A DNA stretch of 64,000 nucleotides, from the sequence record MK308676.1; one strand, 5' to 3'. A program made the translations under genes and the position numbers. The notes beneath the pieces were generated by a model that had not been told where the DNA came from, ran no database searches, and worked only from the letters and a program-made list of their open reading frames with translations. This document shows, piece after piece, positions 47,636 through 57,442 of the stretch (within the stretch, counting starts at the first letter, position 1; each line of letters starts with the position of its first letter).

Positions 47636-48148
47636 TTACAGGTCTAGTTGTGGCTCTTGAACGATAGCATCAATCCACTTAAGTGCAAGTGCTTCTTCAG
47701 GCCACTTATAAACATCGCGTTCCAGTTCCTTCAAGATTTCTTCAGCGGGACGACCCCACATCTCAGACATCATGTCGAAAAGAATCTTGTTATAGTGACG
47801 CATTGGACGTAGGCCAGTCTCTGAGCGCTCAGCCATACCGCGAGCTTCATGTAACATGAACTGCGTGTTAGGAAGCGATAGGCGCTTACCTGGAGTACCT
47901 AGGCCAATAACACAGAATGCACCAGCACTCATCACGGTACCGACAGCTACGGTCACGATGTCGCTTTTCGCTTTCTTAGCCGCATGGTACATAGCTAGAA
48001 GCGCAGGGACAGAACCGCCGTATGAATGTACGGGTAGGTAAATGTCTTCACTAGAAATGGAGTCGAAGAATTCGATTTGCTGGATTACACTGTAAGCCAT
48101 GTTATCGTCGAATGGGCCTTCAATGTAGACAGTTCGGTCAAGTACCAT
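47636..48148 (-). CDS. clpP: ClpP-family serine protease subunit
   Basis: VHSYGG, VMSAG (Ser), PNTQFMLHE (His), ERDVY (Asp), EEALALKWID. Confidence 0.9.
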   Translation of the reverse strand: MVLDRTVYIEGPFDDNMAYSVIQQIEFFDSISSEDIYLPVHSYGGSVPALLAMYHAAKKAKSDIVTVAVGTVMSAGAFCVIGLGTPGKRLSLPNTQFMLHEARGMAERSETGLRPMRHYNKILFDMMSEMWGRPAEEILKELERDVYKWPEEALALKWIDAIVQEPQLDL

Positions 48149-48150
48149 GA

Positions 48151-48720
48151 TTACTCTCCTAACTGTTGTTGAGGCGGACGTGCTGCTTCAATAGGGTTTT
48201 CAAAGTTAGGACGACCCATAACCTGTAGACCCATAGCGATTGCTTCTTCGTAACGGAAGATGTCGTTCTCTTTCATGAAGTCTTTAATGTCATCTGGGGT
48301 GATGCCATCGAATGCTTCAGCGATACGCATACGTGCACGGGCGTTTACTGCTTCTTGGGCAGCGGCACCAATCTCAAGGTCGGTTAACTGTGCATAATCA
48401 GAGCCACGCTGTTCGTAAGGAAGGATAAGAACAGACTCTGTAATGAATGCGTTTTCTTTACCTACAGCGGCTGCTAGCACTAAGTCCATGATGGACAACA
48501 TGTCTAGATAGCGCACCTGAGGCTTAAGAGCTAGGTTCTGACGAATAACATCGTACATGCCTAGTAGAACATGAGGACACACGATAAGGCTTTGCTGTTC
48601 CAACAGTGGCTGGAACGGTTCCTTACCTTCTGTCTCACGTTTAGCATTTAGAGCTTCTACTTCTGCAAAGAAACGCATCAGTGCAAGTGGAGTGCTCAAC
48701 TTGTGACGTTTATGGTACAT
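48151..48720 (-). CDS. Degenerate ClpP paralog (ClpR-like pseudoprotease)
   Basis: ATG 48720 after AAGGGA; GMYDVIRQ..KPQV, LTDLEI and YEEAIAMGL align to ClpP; catalytic His position is Pro. Confidence 0.55.
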   Translation of the reverse strand: MYHKRHKLSTPLALMRFFAEVEALNAKRETEGKEPFQPLLEQQSLIVCPHVLLGMYDVIRQNLALKPQVRYLDMLSIMDLVLAAAVGKENAFITESVLILPYEQRGSDYAQLTDLEIGAAAQEAVNARARMRIAEAFDGITPDDIKDFMKENDIFRYEEAIAMGLQVMGRPNFENPIEAARPPQQQLGE

Positions 48721-48812
48721 TAGGATATCCCTTAAAAGATGAATAAAAGAACGGCCGGTTCTATTGGATTCGAAGAAAAAAGAAAGAAGAATAGGAGAGA
48801 GCCGAAGCCCTC

Positions 48813-49739
48813 TCATAAATGTTCTGCATATTGTTTCTCTTTAAAGGTTTTAAAGCGTATGCGGATTTTGTCCTTTACGTCTTCCGGGACGTGTACTGCT
48901 GCGGTCAGTTTATCGGCTAGGTCTTTCTCTGTTAGTTCCCAGTAATGACCCATGGCATCTCTTAAGTTAGGGAAGGTTTTAAAGCCGTCTTTATTCTTCC
49001 CCGCTAGCCATTTATCGCCCGACTTCTTAACGCCTAAGATATCGCCTGGTTCGACCCTAGATAGCACATTGAGATATCCGTTTAAAGAAGCTGGGAGGAA
49101 GCAACAGGTGTCTTTAGAATAAAGACGTAGCTCTGGAGCAAGAAGGTCTTTATCGAGCTGGTAAGTCGAATCAGGGATGTTTTCCGTATACCACTTAGCG
49201 AAGTTCTGAAAGTTAAACCAATCAGGATGGACTTCACAATCTTTATATGCTTCGTAGTCTTTGCTGTCTTCTTTATAGCAGCGCTTAAACATATTCATCC
49301 ATGCCGAATACTCAGGCAGATTCTTCCCTCCAACATACTGCTTATACGGGCCATCTCCCAAGAAACCTCTGCCTTCGATTACCGGATGGCACTTGTCTCT
49401 AATCTCTCCCGACTTAAGGCGCTCTTTACGCGTCCACAACTTAAAGCCCGTTTTTACAAACTCTACATGTACTTTTAGGCTGTTCACGTATTCTAAAACT
49501 CGGACAGTGCCATGGTGTTTTGTTTCATGTAGAGTGCCTTCTAGATAAGGGTTATCTAGGCTCTTGTCTCTGACGTCTCCTTTTGATAGTGCCGTTTTGA
49601 ACACTACGTCGATGTTTCCCGTATTCAGGAACTTTACCTTGACCTTATAAGGGTCGTTGTTTTCTATAACCTCGACGGTCCCCGAGCGCTTAGTCTCGTG
49701 TGTAGAACCGACAGGATAAGTGCTTATTTCATATTTCAT
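48813..49739 (-). mobile_element. Free-standing HNH-like homing endonuclease
   Basis: YSAWMNMFKRCY...WFNFQNFAKWY...LDKDLL...CCFLPASLN; duplicated N-terminal domain. Confidence 0.7.
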
Positions 49740-49764
49740 ATTTCCATCCGAGGGTTAAAAGTAA

Positions 49765-49790
49765 ACAAGAGGGACCGAAGTCCCTCTTGT
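49765..49790 (-). terminator. Terminator hairpin after helicase
   Basis: 11-bp stem with cTTCGg loop and T tract on the minus strand. Confidence 0.7.
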
Positions 49791-49795
49791 CTTAG

Positions 49796-51316
49796 TTAGA
49801 TGCCTATTGTCATGCCTAAATCGACTTTCTTGTAAGACTTACATCGTCCAATCAAATCAATCGAGCGCTTATGCTCATAGTTTAAATGCTGAGGGACATT
49901 GCGGTTCCATAACATAAAGAAGTATGGGTCCTTATCCGGGTGTTTACGGATAGGTCTTAAGCGGCCCATGATTTGTCGCTGTAGCTGAGTAGACGAAATA
50001 GCAACAGTGTTCCAACCTACAGACAAGTTCTTGATGTCGACACCTGTACCTGCACCTTTCGGTGTAGAGAAGATGATGTCTCTCTCATAGAGTTCCTCGT
50101 CTTTCGCACCTGCCACGTAACAGCCAATGGTGTGTTCTGGCCAAGCTTTCTTAGCTTCTTCTGCTAGGAACTGAGCCATCTTGATGGTGGCGCAGATAAC
50201 CAGACACTTAGTCCCTTCCAACTGCCTTCTAATAAAGGAGACATCGACACATTCCTTTATGAGTCCCCAGTACTCTTTCTTAAGCTTAGCTTTTCGGAAT
50301 ACTTGTTTCTCGAAGTTAACATGGCTATAGCCCCGTGGACCTTTACCTGTTAAACCGGCTTTCTTAGCAGCATTATAGAATGCCGACCGGACTTGGATGT
50401 GCTGATTTGGCTTGGACTTCCATCGGTCTTCGTCTGGATAAACCCTACCATACATCTTGTTTATAAACGAGTTATCGCTAACGAGTGTAGCGGACAAGAA
50501 CATCATTCTTTCCACATTGGTATACATAACTTGTTTACATAAAGCATGTATCGACTCATGAACTTCGTCTCGGATTATGAACCCTACTTGTAGAAACTCC
50601 ATCAGTTGGTCTGGCGGAACTTCATACGGGAAAGGTTCGTCCTTGTTCTCATAATCGCTAATGTAGTTACGAAGGGTCGTGGCGGAGAAGAAGATGAACT
50701 TGGCTTCGAGCATATCGTGTTTCTGCATGTCGCAGAGTGCACGGATAGCATCACCGCCTTTAATAACGAGAATTTCACTTTGACCGATATCGCAGTACTC
50801 GTTAGCGTCCTTAACCCAAGTCTTAATATGACTCGGTTCCATTATGAACGCTGTTCTCTTCTTCAAGATACAGGCTGTATAGAATCCGCAATACGTCTTC
50901 CCGAATCCCGTATCAGCTTCTAAGACACGCGTAACTTTATTAGGCTCCAAAGCAAACTCTAGTGCCTGAGGCTGTTCATCGCGGGGAGAAAAGGGACTAG
51001 TCCAGTTAATCTCGATGTCTAAACCTTCAGGTACATCCGGTGTCTCCACAGAGACTCGACTTGCATCGAACCCCATGAATTCCAGATGGCTCAATAGGGG
51101 CTCAAAGTCGGCACGAAGTAAACGGAACTCACTGTTGTCGCTGGTTCGAGCAGCGTACACAGCTTTGTTCTCTGTCACGTATTGTCGCGTTCTAGGGTTG
51201 AAGTTCTTTTCTGTCTGTAAGAGATTAGCGCCTATATAAGACTTAATCGCTTTCAGTTCAGATAGGTGTTCTGCCCTGACGCGGATACCGTGAGTATATA
51301 CCCTTATTTGTATCAT
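49796..51316 (-). CDS. SF2 helicase (phiKZ gp75/UvsW-like)
   Basis: ADTGFGKT, IRDEVH, LSATL, QIMGRLR. Confidence 0.9.
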   Translation of the reverse strand: MIQIRVYTHGIRVRAEHLSELKAIKSYIGANLLQTEKNFNPRTRQYVTENKAVYAARTSDNSEFRLLRADFEPLLSHLEFMGFDASRVSVETPDVPEGLDIEINWTSPFSPRDEQPQALEFALEPNKVTRVLEADTGFGKTYCGFYTACILKKRTAFIMEPSHIKTWVKDANEYCDIGQSEILVIKGGDAIRALCDMQKHDMLEAKFIFFSATTLRNYISDYENKDEPFPYEVPPDQLMEFLQVGFIIRDEVHESIHALCKQVMYTNVERMMFLSATLVSDNSFINKMYGRVYPDEDRWKSKPNQHIQVRSAFYNAAKKAGLTGKGPRGYSHVNFEKQVFRKAKLKKEYWGLIKECVDVSFIRRQLEGTKCLVICATIKMAQFLAEEAKKAWPEHTIGCYVAGAKDEELYERDIIFSTPKGAGTGVDIKNLSVGWNTVAISSTQLQRQIMGRLRPIRKHPDKDPYFFMLWNRNVPQHLNYEHKRSIDLIGRCKSYKKVDLGMTIGI

Positions 51317-51391
51317 TCTAAGAGCTCCTCCTGTTTCCTATAAAAGGACGGCCATAAAGCCATCCTACATTATATTCTACAAGAGTCCTAT

Positions 51392-51988
51392 TTAGTCTTT
51401 AGTAAAGTGGTCTTCTTCACGGAAGATGTTTACTTTATCTTCGTCGAAGTTTTCTTTACTAAAAGGGTTGTACTCTAGCTTTTCTACGCGCTCCCCGGCA
51501 TCTAGGCCTTTCACGCTGTAGTAGTTTACTGCCCACAGGCAATCACCTTGACCTTCTCGGATGTGAATGCCTTCTAGTTCGAAGCCGTCTTCTTTAGCAA
51601 AGCCGATTAGCTCTTCTGCTGAAAGAATCTCATTACGCGCTGTAACGAACTGTAAGCGGTTTGTTGCTCCAGCTGCTGAACTATTACGGAAGAAGTAACT
51701 AACGTCCAGGTGGCTAAACATAGGCTGTTTCTGACCTAGACCGCAGATAAGCTGAGCTACTGATTCTTTACGAGAACCTGCAAGAACTTCGTCAAAGCCG
51801 AACACGTCGTTTGCTTGCTGTGCCAGAAGGCTGAAGTTGAACTCTGCGTCATCATCATCCATGATGCCGTTGCGCACGTTTTCATTTGTCATCGCTGCCA
51901 TTACCGCGAACTTCAAGAAACGAGTGTTTGACAAGTCCTTGTTGTTAGGGTAAGAGATTTGAATGATATTCGCTTGATATGTAGACAT
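51392..51988 (-). CDS. Hypothetical protein
   Basis: 198 aa; AAGGAG RBS. Confidence 0.65.
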   Translation of the reverse strand: MSTYQANIIQISYPNNKDLSNTRFLKFAVMAAMTNENVRNGIMDDDDAEFNFSLLAQQANDVFGFDEVLAGSRKESVAQLICGLGQKQPMFSHLDVSYFFRNSSAAGATNRLQFVTARNEILSAEELIGFAKEDGFELEGIHIREGQGDCLWAVNYYSVKGLDAGERVEKLEYNPFSKENFDEDKVNIFREEDHFTKD

Positions 51989-51998
51989 GACTGTCTCC

Positions 51999-52334
51999 TT
52001 AGATTGAGAAGCGTAAGTGTTTAGTAAGTGAAGTCACCATGGATGCCGTAAGCGTGCCGCTAGACCACTCGTCGGTCTTAAAGTGAATAGTCGAGAAGCT
52101 GTCAAATGGCTTAACTGGCTCGGTCGTATGTTCCGCCAGCTTAAAAGACCCGAAGGCATCAGGGTGGCGCAGGAAGAGTTTAGACTCGAGGACGTTGTAG
52201 TAGACCATGAAGGTCCTTTCTGTTCCATCCGTCATCATAGGCACATAGCCCATCAGGCGGTAAGTTCCGCCGGACTTAGGATGGTGCACTAGGATAGTTT
52301 GGTCTAAAGCTCGCTGTAATGTTTTCTTATCCAT
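51999..52334 (-). CDS. DUF1653-like small protein
   Basis: HHPKSGGTY...VYY...LFLRHPDAF pattern; GAGG RBS. Confidence 0.5.
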   Translation of the reverse strand: MDKKTLQRALDQTILVHHPKSGGTYRLMGYVPMMTDGTERTFMVYYNVLESKLFLRHPDAFGSFKLAEHTTEPVKPFDSFSTIHFKTDEWSSGTLTASMVTSLTKHLRFSI

Positions 52335-52550
52335 AGTAACCTCGCTAATGGATTTGGGCCGACTATTTATAAAGTCTTTTGGCGATTTAGTTCAGAGACA
52401 ATGATTGCCTGAGACATGTCTTCTGTAGTCCACTTACACAAGACATTTTCAAGTTCTTTGTTTACAAACATTGCGGTCTGCGACCTAAGAACTGCGTGAT
52501 AAAGGTAATCTTCGTTTTCCTGCGTTGGTACGGTGAACTCGCCAGGGCCT

Positions 52551-52847
52551 TCATTTGTTTTTTAAGGACTCTTGAAGTTCTTGTTCTTCGTAGCCTTCGC
52601 CGATTGCTTCCGCAAAACAGTTGAATGCTTCGATTGCCGGACCAGCGTCCGCTTCATCAAAGAGTACCATCATGGACTCGATGCTATAGCGTCCTTTCTT
52701 AGCTATTTTAAGATAGCAGGCATCTAAGCTTCGGTCTAGGTTCTCTTTGAAAAGGTCTTTATGGATGACTTCAGTAATCCCTCGGTCCGAGACTTTGACT
52801 AAGTTGTTGTCCGTATCGATAAGATACGCATGCGGGTAATATTTCAT
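52551..52847 (-). CDS. Hypothetical protein (possible frameshifted extension to 52367)
   Basis: ATG 52847 after GGGGA; 98 aa. Confidence 0.6.
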   Translation of the reverse strand: MKYYPHAYLIDTDNNLVKVSDRGITEVIHKDLFKENLDRSLDACYLKIAKKGRYSIESMMVLFDEADAGPAIEAFNCFAEAIGEGYEEQELQESLKNK

Positions 52848-52875
52848 TACTGTTCCCCTAAAGTAAAAAGAAGTA

Positions 52876-52899
52876 GTCCCAACTCCGAAGAGTCGGGAC
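52876..52899 (-). terminator. Terminator after nvRNAP beta' gene
   Basis: Stem with cTTCGg loop and T tract. Confidence 0.65.
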
Positions 52900-52905
52900 A
52901 TTACT

Positions 52906-54855
52906 TTACATTACCATGTGGTCTAGTTCGTGACCAGGTAGGTCATCTTTATGACGCAGGTAAGTTGCTGGGTCTTGAATCAAGTCTCGGATTCTTTCGA
53001 ATGCAAGAGCTGCACCAAGGCCACGTTTCTGAATTGCTTCTTTCAAGCGGATGAAACGGAATGCTTCACCGCCCACTGGAAGCGCATAACTAGTATCGCC
53101 ACTTGCCATTAATGCACGGACGAATACTTCCACGTGAGTAAAGTTAACCGCAATCTTAGAGGACATGCCATCTAAGAGAGCACGACATGCTGGACCTACA
53201 TGTTCGTAGTCCACAGCGCGAACCGCACCAGGTGCGTTAGGTGACTCTAAGAACTGAGTCGTAATGCGAAGGATTTCCATGATGTCTTCACCGCGACGAG
53301 GAGTCTTGATGAATGGTCGTGTGTAATCCCAGTTTGTCAGACTTACTTCGATGGACTGACCTACAACCTCCCATTGTTCTTCTTTCATGTAAGCCAAGAA
53401 GTCGATAGTCAACGGGGAACCTTTACCACCGATTGACAGGTCGACGTCTAAGATGTCTTGGATACTCCCTGCTCGGTTGTAAGAGATAATCTGAACATTC
53501 TCCAGTTTAGAGATACGCTCAGGCGATAGTTGCATTACATCATCTGCGCTTAGCACATCATTGATACAGCCTACTTGAATCTGAGGAATACGGATAGCAA
53601 ACTTGCCTTCCGTTACTTCTTTGTTCAGCATAACAACGAACTGGTCATCTTTCTTAAGGCGAAGGAATCGAGCGTTGTTTTCATTGATGTCTAAGTGGAC
53701 AGACTTAGTCGATGCCAGTACGTGCTTAGTAGACAAGATAGTCTGCGAAATACGTGCTAGCGGCTCAGTTGAAAGGTGGTGGCCTAGGTTAGTGCCTGGA
53801 GGTGTTGTGATTGCGTTTAAGCCAACACATACAGAACAAGGACGGGTTGGGTCACCATGTGAACACGTAGTGATAGAACGAAGGCGAATAGTCTTACCGA
53901 CTAAGTCATCTTCGTTGCCCCAGATAACAACCGGCTTGTCGTTATCGTCCATGTAGACTTTACCTTTCAGTAGCTTAGGGTCTCCTTCTTCTACTTTCCA
54001 AGGGATAGTTACTTTACCGCCACAGTCACCGTAATGGATGCCACGAATGACGCCACAAAGGAACTGACACATACGGTTATTGTACTCTGACATTTCCAGA
54101 GGACCAGACTGCATATATAGAGAGATAGATGCAGCACGCGATTCACGGAAGTGGTCGTACAGCGTATGTAAGCCGTCAGCATAACCTTCATAGATAGGCA
54201 CTGGACAAGACTCACCGTTGATGTCTGGCACGAAGGCACGGGGACCGATTACCTGAGTGGCCTGGCGACGGTTCAGCAATCCGTTAGCCATGCCTTCTGC
54301 AACTGCGGTGTTACGCAATGGAGACTCTGGGTCTACAATTGCACCGAACACACGGTCGTGTGTATCTTCTACAGTGGCTTTGCCATCACGGTAGTCTTGC
54401 TTAGCATTTACTACAGCTTCAAAGTTAAGGATGTCAACTACGTCTTCGATATCTAGGCTAACTACGTATTCGCCCAGCATGTTGGTCGTATCGTTGAACA
54501 TCTCATTACCAATCTCTACCAAGCGACGGGACATTGTCCAGATGGCTTTAGCGCCTTCGCCGCATAAGTAGTTTGGATGGTGCCCGAAGAAAACATCCCA
54601 GAAGACTTTGCCTCCTATCTTAACGTGGGTGCCTTCGGTAATGATTGCGCGGTTGATGTGGTGGTCAAGGGTGATATCTGCTCCAGGCCATTCCGCAAAC
54701 ATCTTCCAGTAGTAACTGGAAAGGATAGTCGTGCGCGTAGGCACGACCACTGTTTGGCCATCGTCGAACGTTAAGCGGAGACCGCCGTCTGGTAAAGCCC
54801 AGATTTCGTTCTTAGGCATGGCGAGAATTTCTCGAACATGATAATCGACTCTCAT
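52906..54855 (-). CDS. Non-virion RNA polymerase beta' subunit, C-terminal part (phiKZ gp74-like)
   Basis: SEYNNRMCQF bridge helix, GDCGG, LRSITTC...PCSVCVG, EPLARISQTILSTKH trigger-loop region. Confidence 0.85.
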   Translation of the reverse strand: MRVDYHVREILAMPKNEIWALPDGGLRLTFDDGQTVVVPTRTTILSSYYWKMFAEWPGADITLDHHINRAIITEGTHVKIGGKVFWDVFFGHHPNYLCGEGAKAIWTMSRRLVEIGNEMFNDTTNMLGEYVVSLDIEDVVDILNFEAVVNAKQDYRDGKATVEDTHDRVFGAIVDPESPLRNTAVAEGMANGLLNRRQATQVIGPRAFVPDINGESCPVPIYEGYADGLHTLYDHFRESRAASISLYMQSGPLEMSEYNNRMCQFLCGVIRGIHYGDCGGKVTIPWKVEEGDPKLLKGKVYMDDNDKPVVIWGNEDDLVGKTIRLRSITTCSHGDPTRPCSVCVGLNAITTPPGTNLGHHLSTEPLARISQTILSTKHVLASTKSVHLDINENNARFLRLKKDDQFVVMLNKEVTEGKFAIRIPQIQVGCINDVLSADDVMQLSPERISKLENVQIISYNRAGSIQDILDVDLSIGGKGSPLTIDFLAYMKEEQWEVVGQSIEVSLTNWDYTRPFIKTPRRGEDIMEILRITTQFLESPNAPGAVRAVDYEHVGPACRALLDGMSSKIAVNFTHVEVFVRALMASGDTSYALPVGGEAFRFIRLKEAIQKRGLGAALAFERIRDLIQDPATYLRHKDDLPGHELDHMVM

Positions 54856-54864
54856 TGTAGTTCC

Positions 54865-56937
54865 TTATTTTCTTTTGCTAAACACGCTTACGAATACTGA
54901 GCCCATTGCACCTAACAAGTTCTTAACGAACTGGATGGTACGGCTACCGCCTACAGGAACAACGCTTCGGTCCAGGTGCTTATGTTCTAAGAATGGTTTC
55001 TCAGAACGAATCGCATTCTCTAAGGAGTTACGAATAGCGTCTGGGTTGGTCGAGTGGTCAACCTGATAAGCTACTGCTTCACCGCCGATAGATGCGCCCA
55101 AGTTACGAATCTCGGATTCACCCCAGCTACGCGGTGGTTGGCGGTTAGTAGGGAAGGCTACTTTAGTACGTTTATTCGTAGTCGCTGGAAGACCATGTTG
55201 CTGTCGTTGCGCAACAGCTACGGCCATAGGTTTAAACGATGACTTATCAAGCACAATCATCTGCTTAGGACCAATCAGTGCCGGACGAATAGTTCGGACT
55301 TCTTGACCGTCGTAGTTGGTGTACGTAATAGGTGACTTGTCTGGTCGACGATATGCTCTTAGCTTGTTAATCAGTTCACGGCCCAATAAGCCGTTATCTG
55401 CGGGGAACAAGTATCGAACATAAGACTCGGAACACATCTCGGTAAACTTGCGTTTCAGTTCATCCGTGTTCTTAGTGCGAACATACTTAGCATGTTGCTC
55501 TGGCGACACAATCTCCAAGAAGCCCATTGCGTGGTCATAGGCCATTGTCCAATCGTCACATTCTAAATAACGCTTCATGTCTTTCGCGATATCGCGGGCA
55601 CAAGCATTAACGTAACGTTCGTATTCCTGACCTAAGTTCATACGGGCAAAGATTGCATTACCAAACTGTACGACGTCACAGACATTACCGTGGTCATCGC
55701 GTGGCATTTGAGAACGTGGACGAATTTCACAGACAACGCCCTTACATCCGTGCAAGTCTGTAAACTTAGCACCGAACTTCAGGTTGTACATCCATGCAAC
55801 TTCAATCTGCACGTACCACTCATCAATCTGTTTAGCTTTGTGAGTAAACTGAACAGTACCAGTATTGTTGTAACCGCTAACTCGTTGTTGGTTGTTCGGC
55901 TGGTCAGCCAAAGCATAAGTGAGTTCTTCTTCTAAAGCAGGTTCCAGAACAGCGTTCTTGTCATTGCTTCGAATCTTGCGATATAAGTCAACCAGTTTAG
56001 TTGAGTAGTGACTCTTGTGGCCACGATAGTTATCCAGCACTTTCTCCATCGTAGGAGGCGTGTAGCGGAGACGCGATGTTGGTGGTGAAGAGAATACTTT
56101 AATGTCAACTACCCGACCGTCTTTACATTCAGGCGGAGCATAGACACACTCATCATAAACAAAGTCAACTTCGTTAATCATGTCTTCCAACATGTAAACA
56201 CAGTCTAGCTCTTCATCGTACTTACGAGTGGCAAAAAGAATATTGTCGTCACGGATAGGCTCCCCCGGACCAACGAATGGCCGGAAGAGTCCATTTTGGG
56301 TATAACACCCTACGAAGTATCGTTCACGTCCGACTTCTACTTCGCGTTTAGCCATTGCTACTGGTTTCGCTCGTTCTAAGAACTCTTCAGAAACAATAAG
56401 GCCATCCTCAATCACTCCGTTGAGAGAAAGGTTAGCTACTTCCGCATTAAGTGCGGTAGTGTAGACACCTCCTTTATTAGCGCCATTTGAGTGAGCTAAG
56501 ATTGTATCCTTAGCAATGGCCATTCCTGGACGCAGTTTTCTGCCGATGTCTGTGACTTTCAGCTCTGCTCCAAATACGTCGTGCGCGCGATAGTACCCTT
56601 CGAGTTTCAACGAGCCCCATTCACCGGTATCGTCATTACGGTAAACGATTGTTTTGGCTGATGCTTCTCGTTGGGCACGGTTCGCAGATACGTGGTGCGA
56701 AATAACGTCTTCGATGATAGCGTTACACGGCATCTTAATCGCCATGGTAGTTTGAGACATCTGTTTCTCATAACCATGGAAGCCGATTGGAATATCCGGC
56801 TGTGCAGGCATTAGGGCCTGCTGCGACTGTGATGACGCCATGTGGACACGCGGTGCTGAGTTAGCTGCAACAAAAGGGTTTAAGGCTTCTGTTGTACCAA
56901 CCAGTTCTGAACGTTTCTTAAGCTTAGTGATTTCCAC
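54865..56937 (-). CDS. Non-virion RNA polymerase beta subunit, C-terminal part (phiKZ gp71-73-like)
   Basis: RVHMASSQ..QA, IEDGLIVS, GAKFTDLHGCKGVV, RMNLGQ, WGESEIR; uninterrupted 690 aa. Confidence 0.9.
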   Translation of the reverse strand: MEITKLKKRSELVGTTEALNPFVAANSAPRVHMASSQSQQALMPAQPDIPIGFHGYEKQMSQTTMAIKMPCNAIIEDVISHHVSANRAQREASAKTIVYRNDDTGEWGSLKLEGYYRAHDVFGAELKVTDIGRKLRPGMAIAKDTILAHSNGANKGGVYTTALNAEVANLSLNGVIEDGLIVSEEFLERAKPVAMAKREVEVGRERYFVGCYTQNGLFRPFVGPGEPIRDDNILFATRKYDEELDCVYMLEDMINEVDFVYDECVYAPPECKDGRVVDIKVFSSPPTSRLRYTPPTMEKVLDNYRGHKSHYSTKLVDLYRKIRSNDKNAVLEPALEEELTYALADQPNNQQRVSGYNNTGTVQFTHKAKQIDEWYVQIEVAWMYNLKFGAKFTDLHGCKGVVCEIRPRSQMPRDDHGNVCDVVQFGNAIFARMNLGQEYERYVNACARDIAKDMKRYLECDDWTMAYDHAMGFLEIVSPEQHAKYVRTKNTDELKRKFTEMCSESYVRYLFPADNGLLGRELINKLRAYRRPDKSPITYTNYDGQEVRTIRPALIGPKQMIVLDKSSFKPMAVAVAQRQQHGLPATTNKRTKVAFPTNRQPPRSWGESEIRNLGASIGGEAVAYQVDHSTNPDAIRNSLENAIRSEKPFLEHKHLDRSVVPVGGSRTIQFVKNLLGAMGSVFVSVFSKRK

Positions 56938-56992
56938 GTGCTTCTCCTAAAGCGTTGTTATCTTATGGAAGGTATTAATCAATACCAGAATT

Positions 56993-57006
56993 GCAATATA
57001 GGTTTT
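56993..57006 (-). promoter_or_regulatory. Early promoter motif AAAACCTATATTGC upstream of nvRNAP genes
   Basis: One mismatch to the 28-41 and 13011-13024 copies. Confidence 0.65.
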
Positions 57007-57026
57007 AATTCTCCAAGGATGCTGCC

Positions 57027-57374
57027 ATGGCACTTACAATAGACACGCTTCTGCCTACCGTCGATAGCACGGCTGATGGGTATAACTCGCAGTCTTTCAG
57101 AGAGTCTTTAGAAAGCATGATGCAATATCTAAAGAAACATAGTACCACAACTGTTCAAGTTATGGGCGACTACGAGAACGTACGTTTTAAAGGTGACCTA
57201 GCCGGATGGTTGTTAACGCTTAACATTGGCGAAAACTACCATTGGGTGGTCGCTAGAATGAATGACTTAAGTTCTCCTAGTGATTACGAAGGACTTACTA
57301 AGTCTTTCCGTATTCCAGACACTACTTTAATCGATACGTTACTACAAAAACATCGACAAAAGCTCCGAGCTTAG
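57027..57374 (+). CDS. Small protein, LysM/baseplate-wedge (T4 gp53)-like
   Basis: 115 aa; YHWVVARMNDLSSP...FRIPD pattern. Confidence 0.45.
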   Translation: MALTIDTLLPTVDSTADGYNSQSFRESLESMMQYLKKHSTTTVQVMGDYENVRFKGDLAGWLLTLNIGENYHWVVARMNDLSSPSDYEGLTKSFRIPDTTLIDTLLQKHRQKLRA

Positions 57375-57398
57375 AAAAAAGAAAACGCTAATAATATT

Positions 57399-57426
57399 AA
57401 TACCCAGACCATACGGTCTGGGTATT
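57399..57426. terminator. Bidirectional terminator hairpin
   Basis: aatacccagacc-atac-ggtctgggtatt perfect 12-bp stem. Confidence 0.75.
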
Positions 57427-57442
57427 ATTTATTGCAATCTTC

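Noticed and set aside
54865-56937. Possible intron in the nvRNAP beta C-terminal gene, as in phiKZ gp71-73
   Set aside because: Single uninterrupted 690-aa frame; no embedded endonuclease
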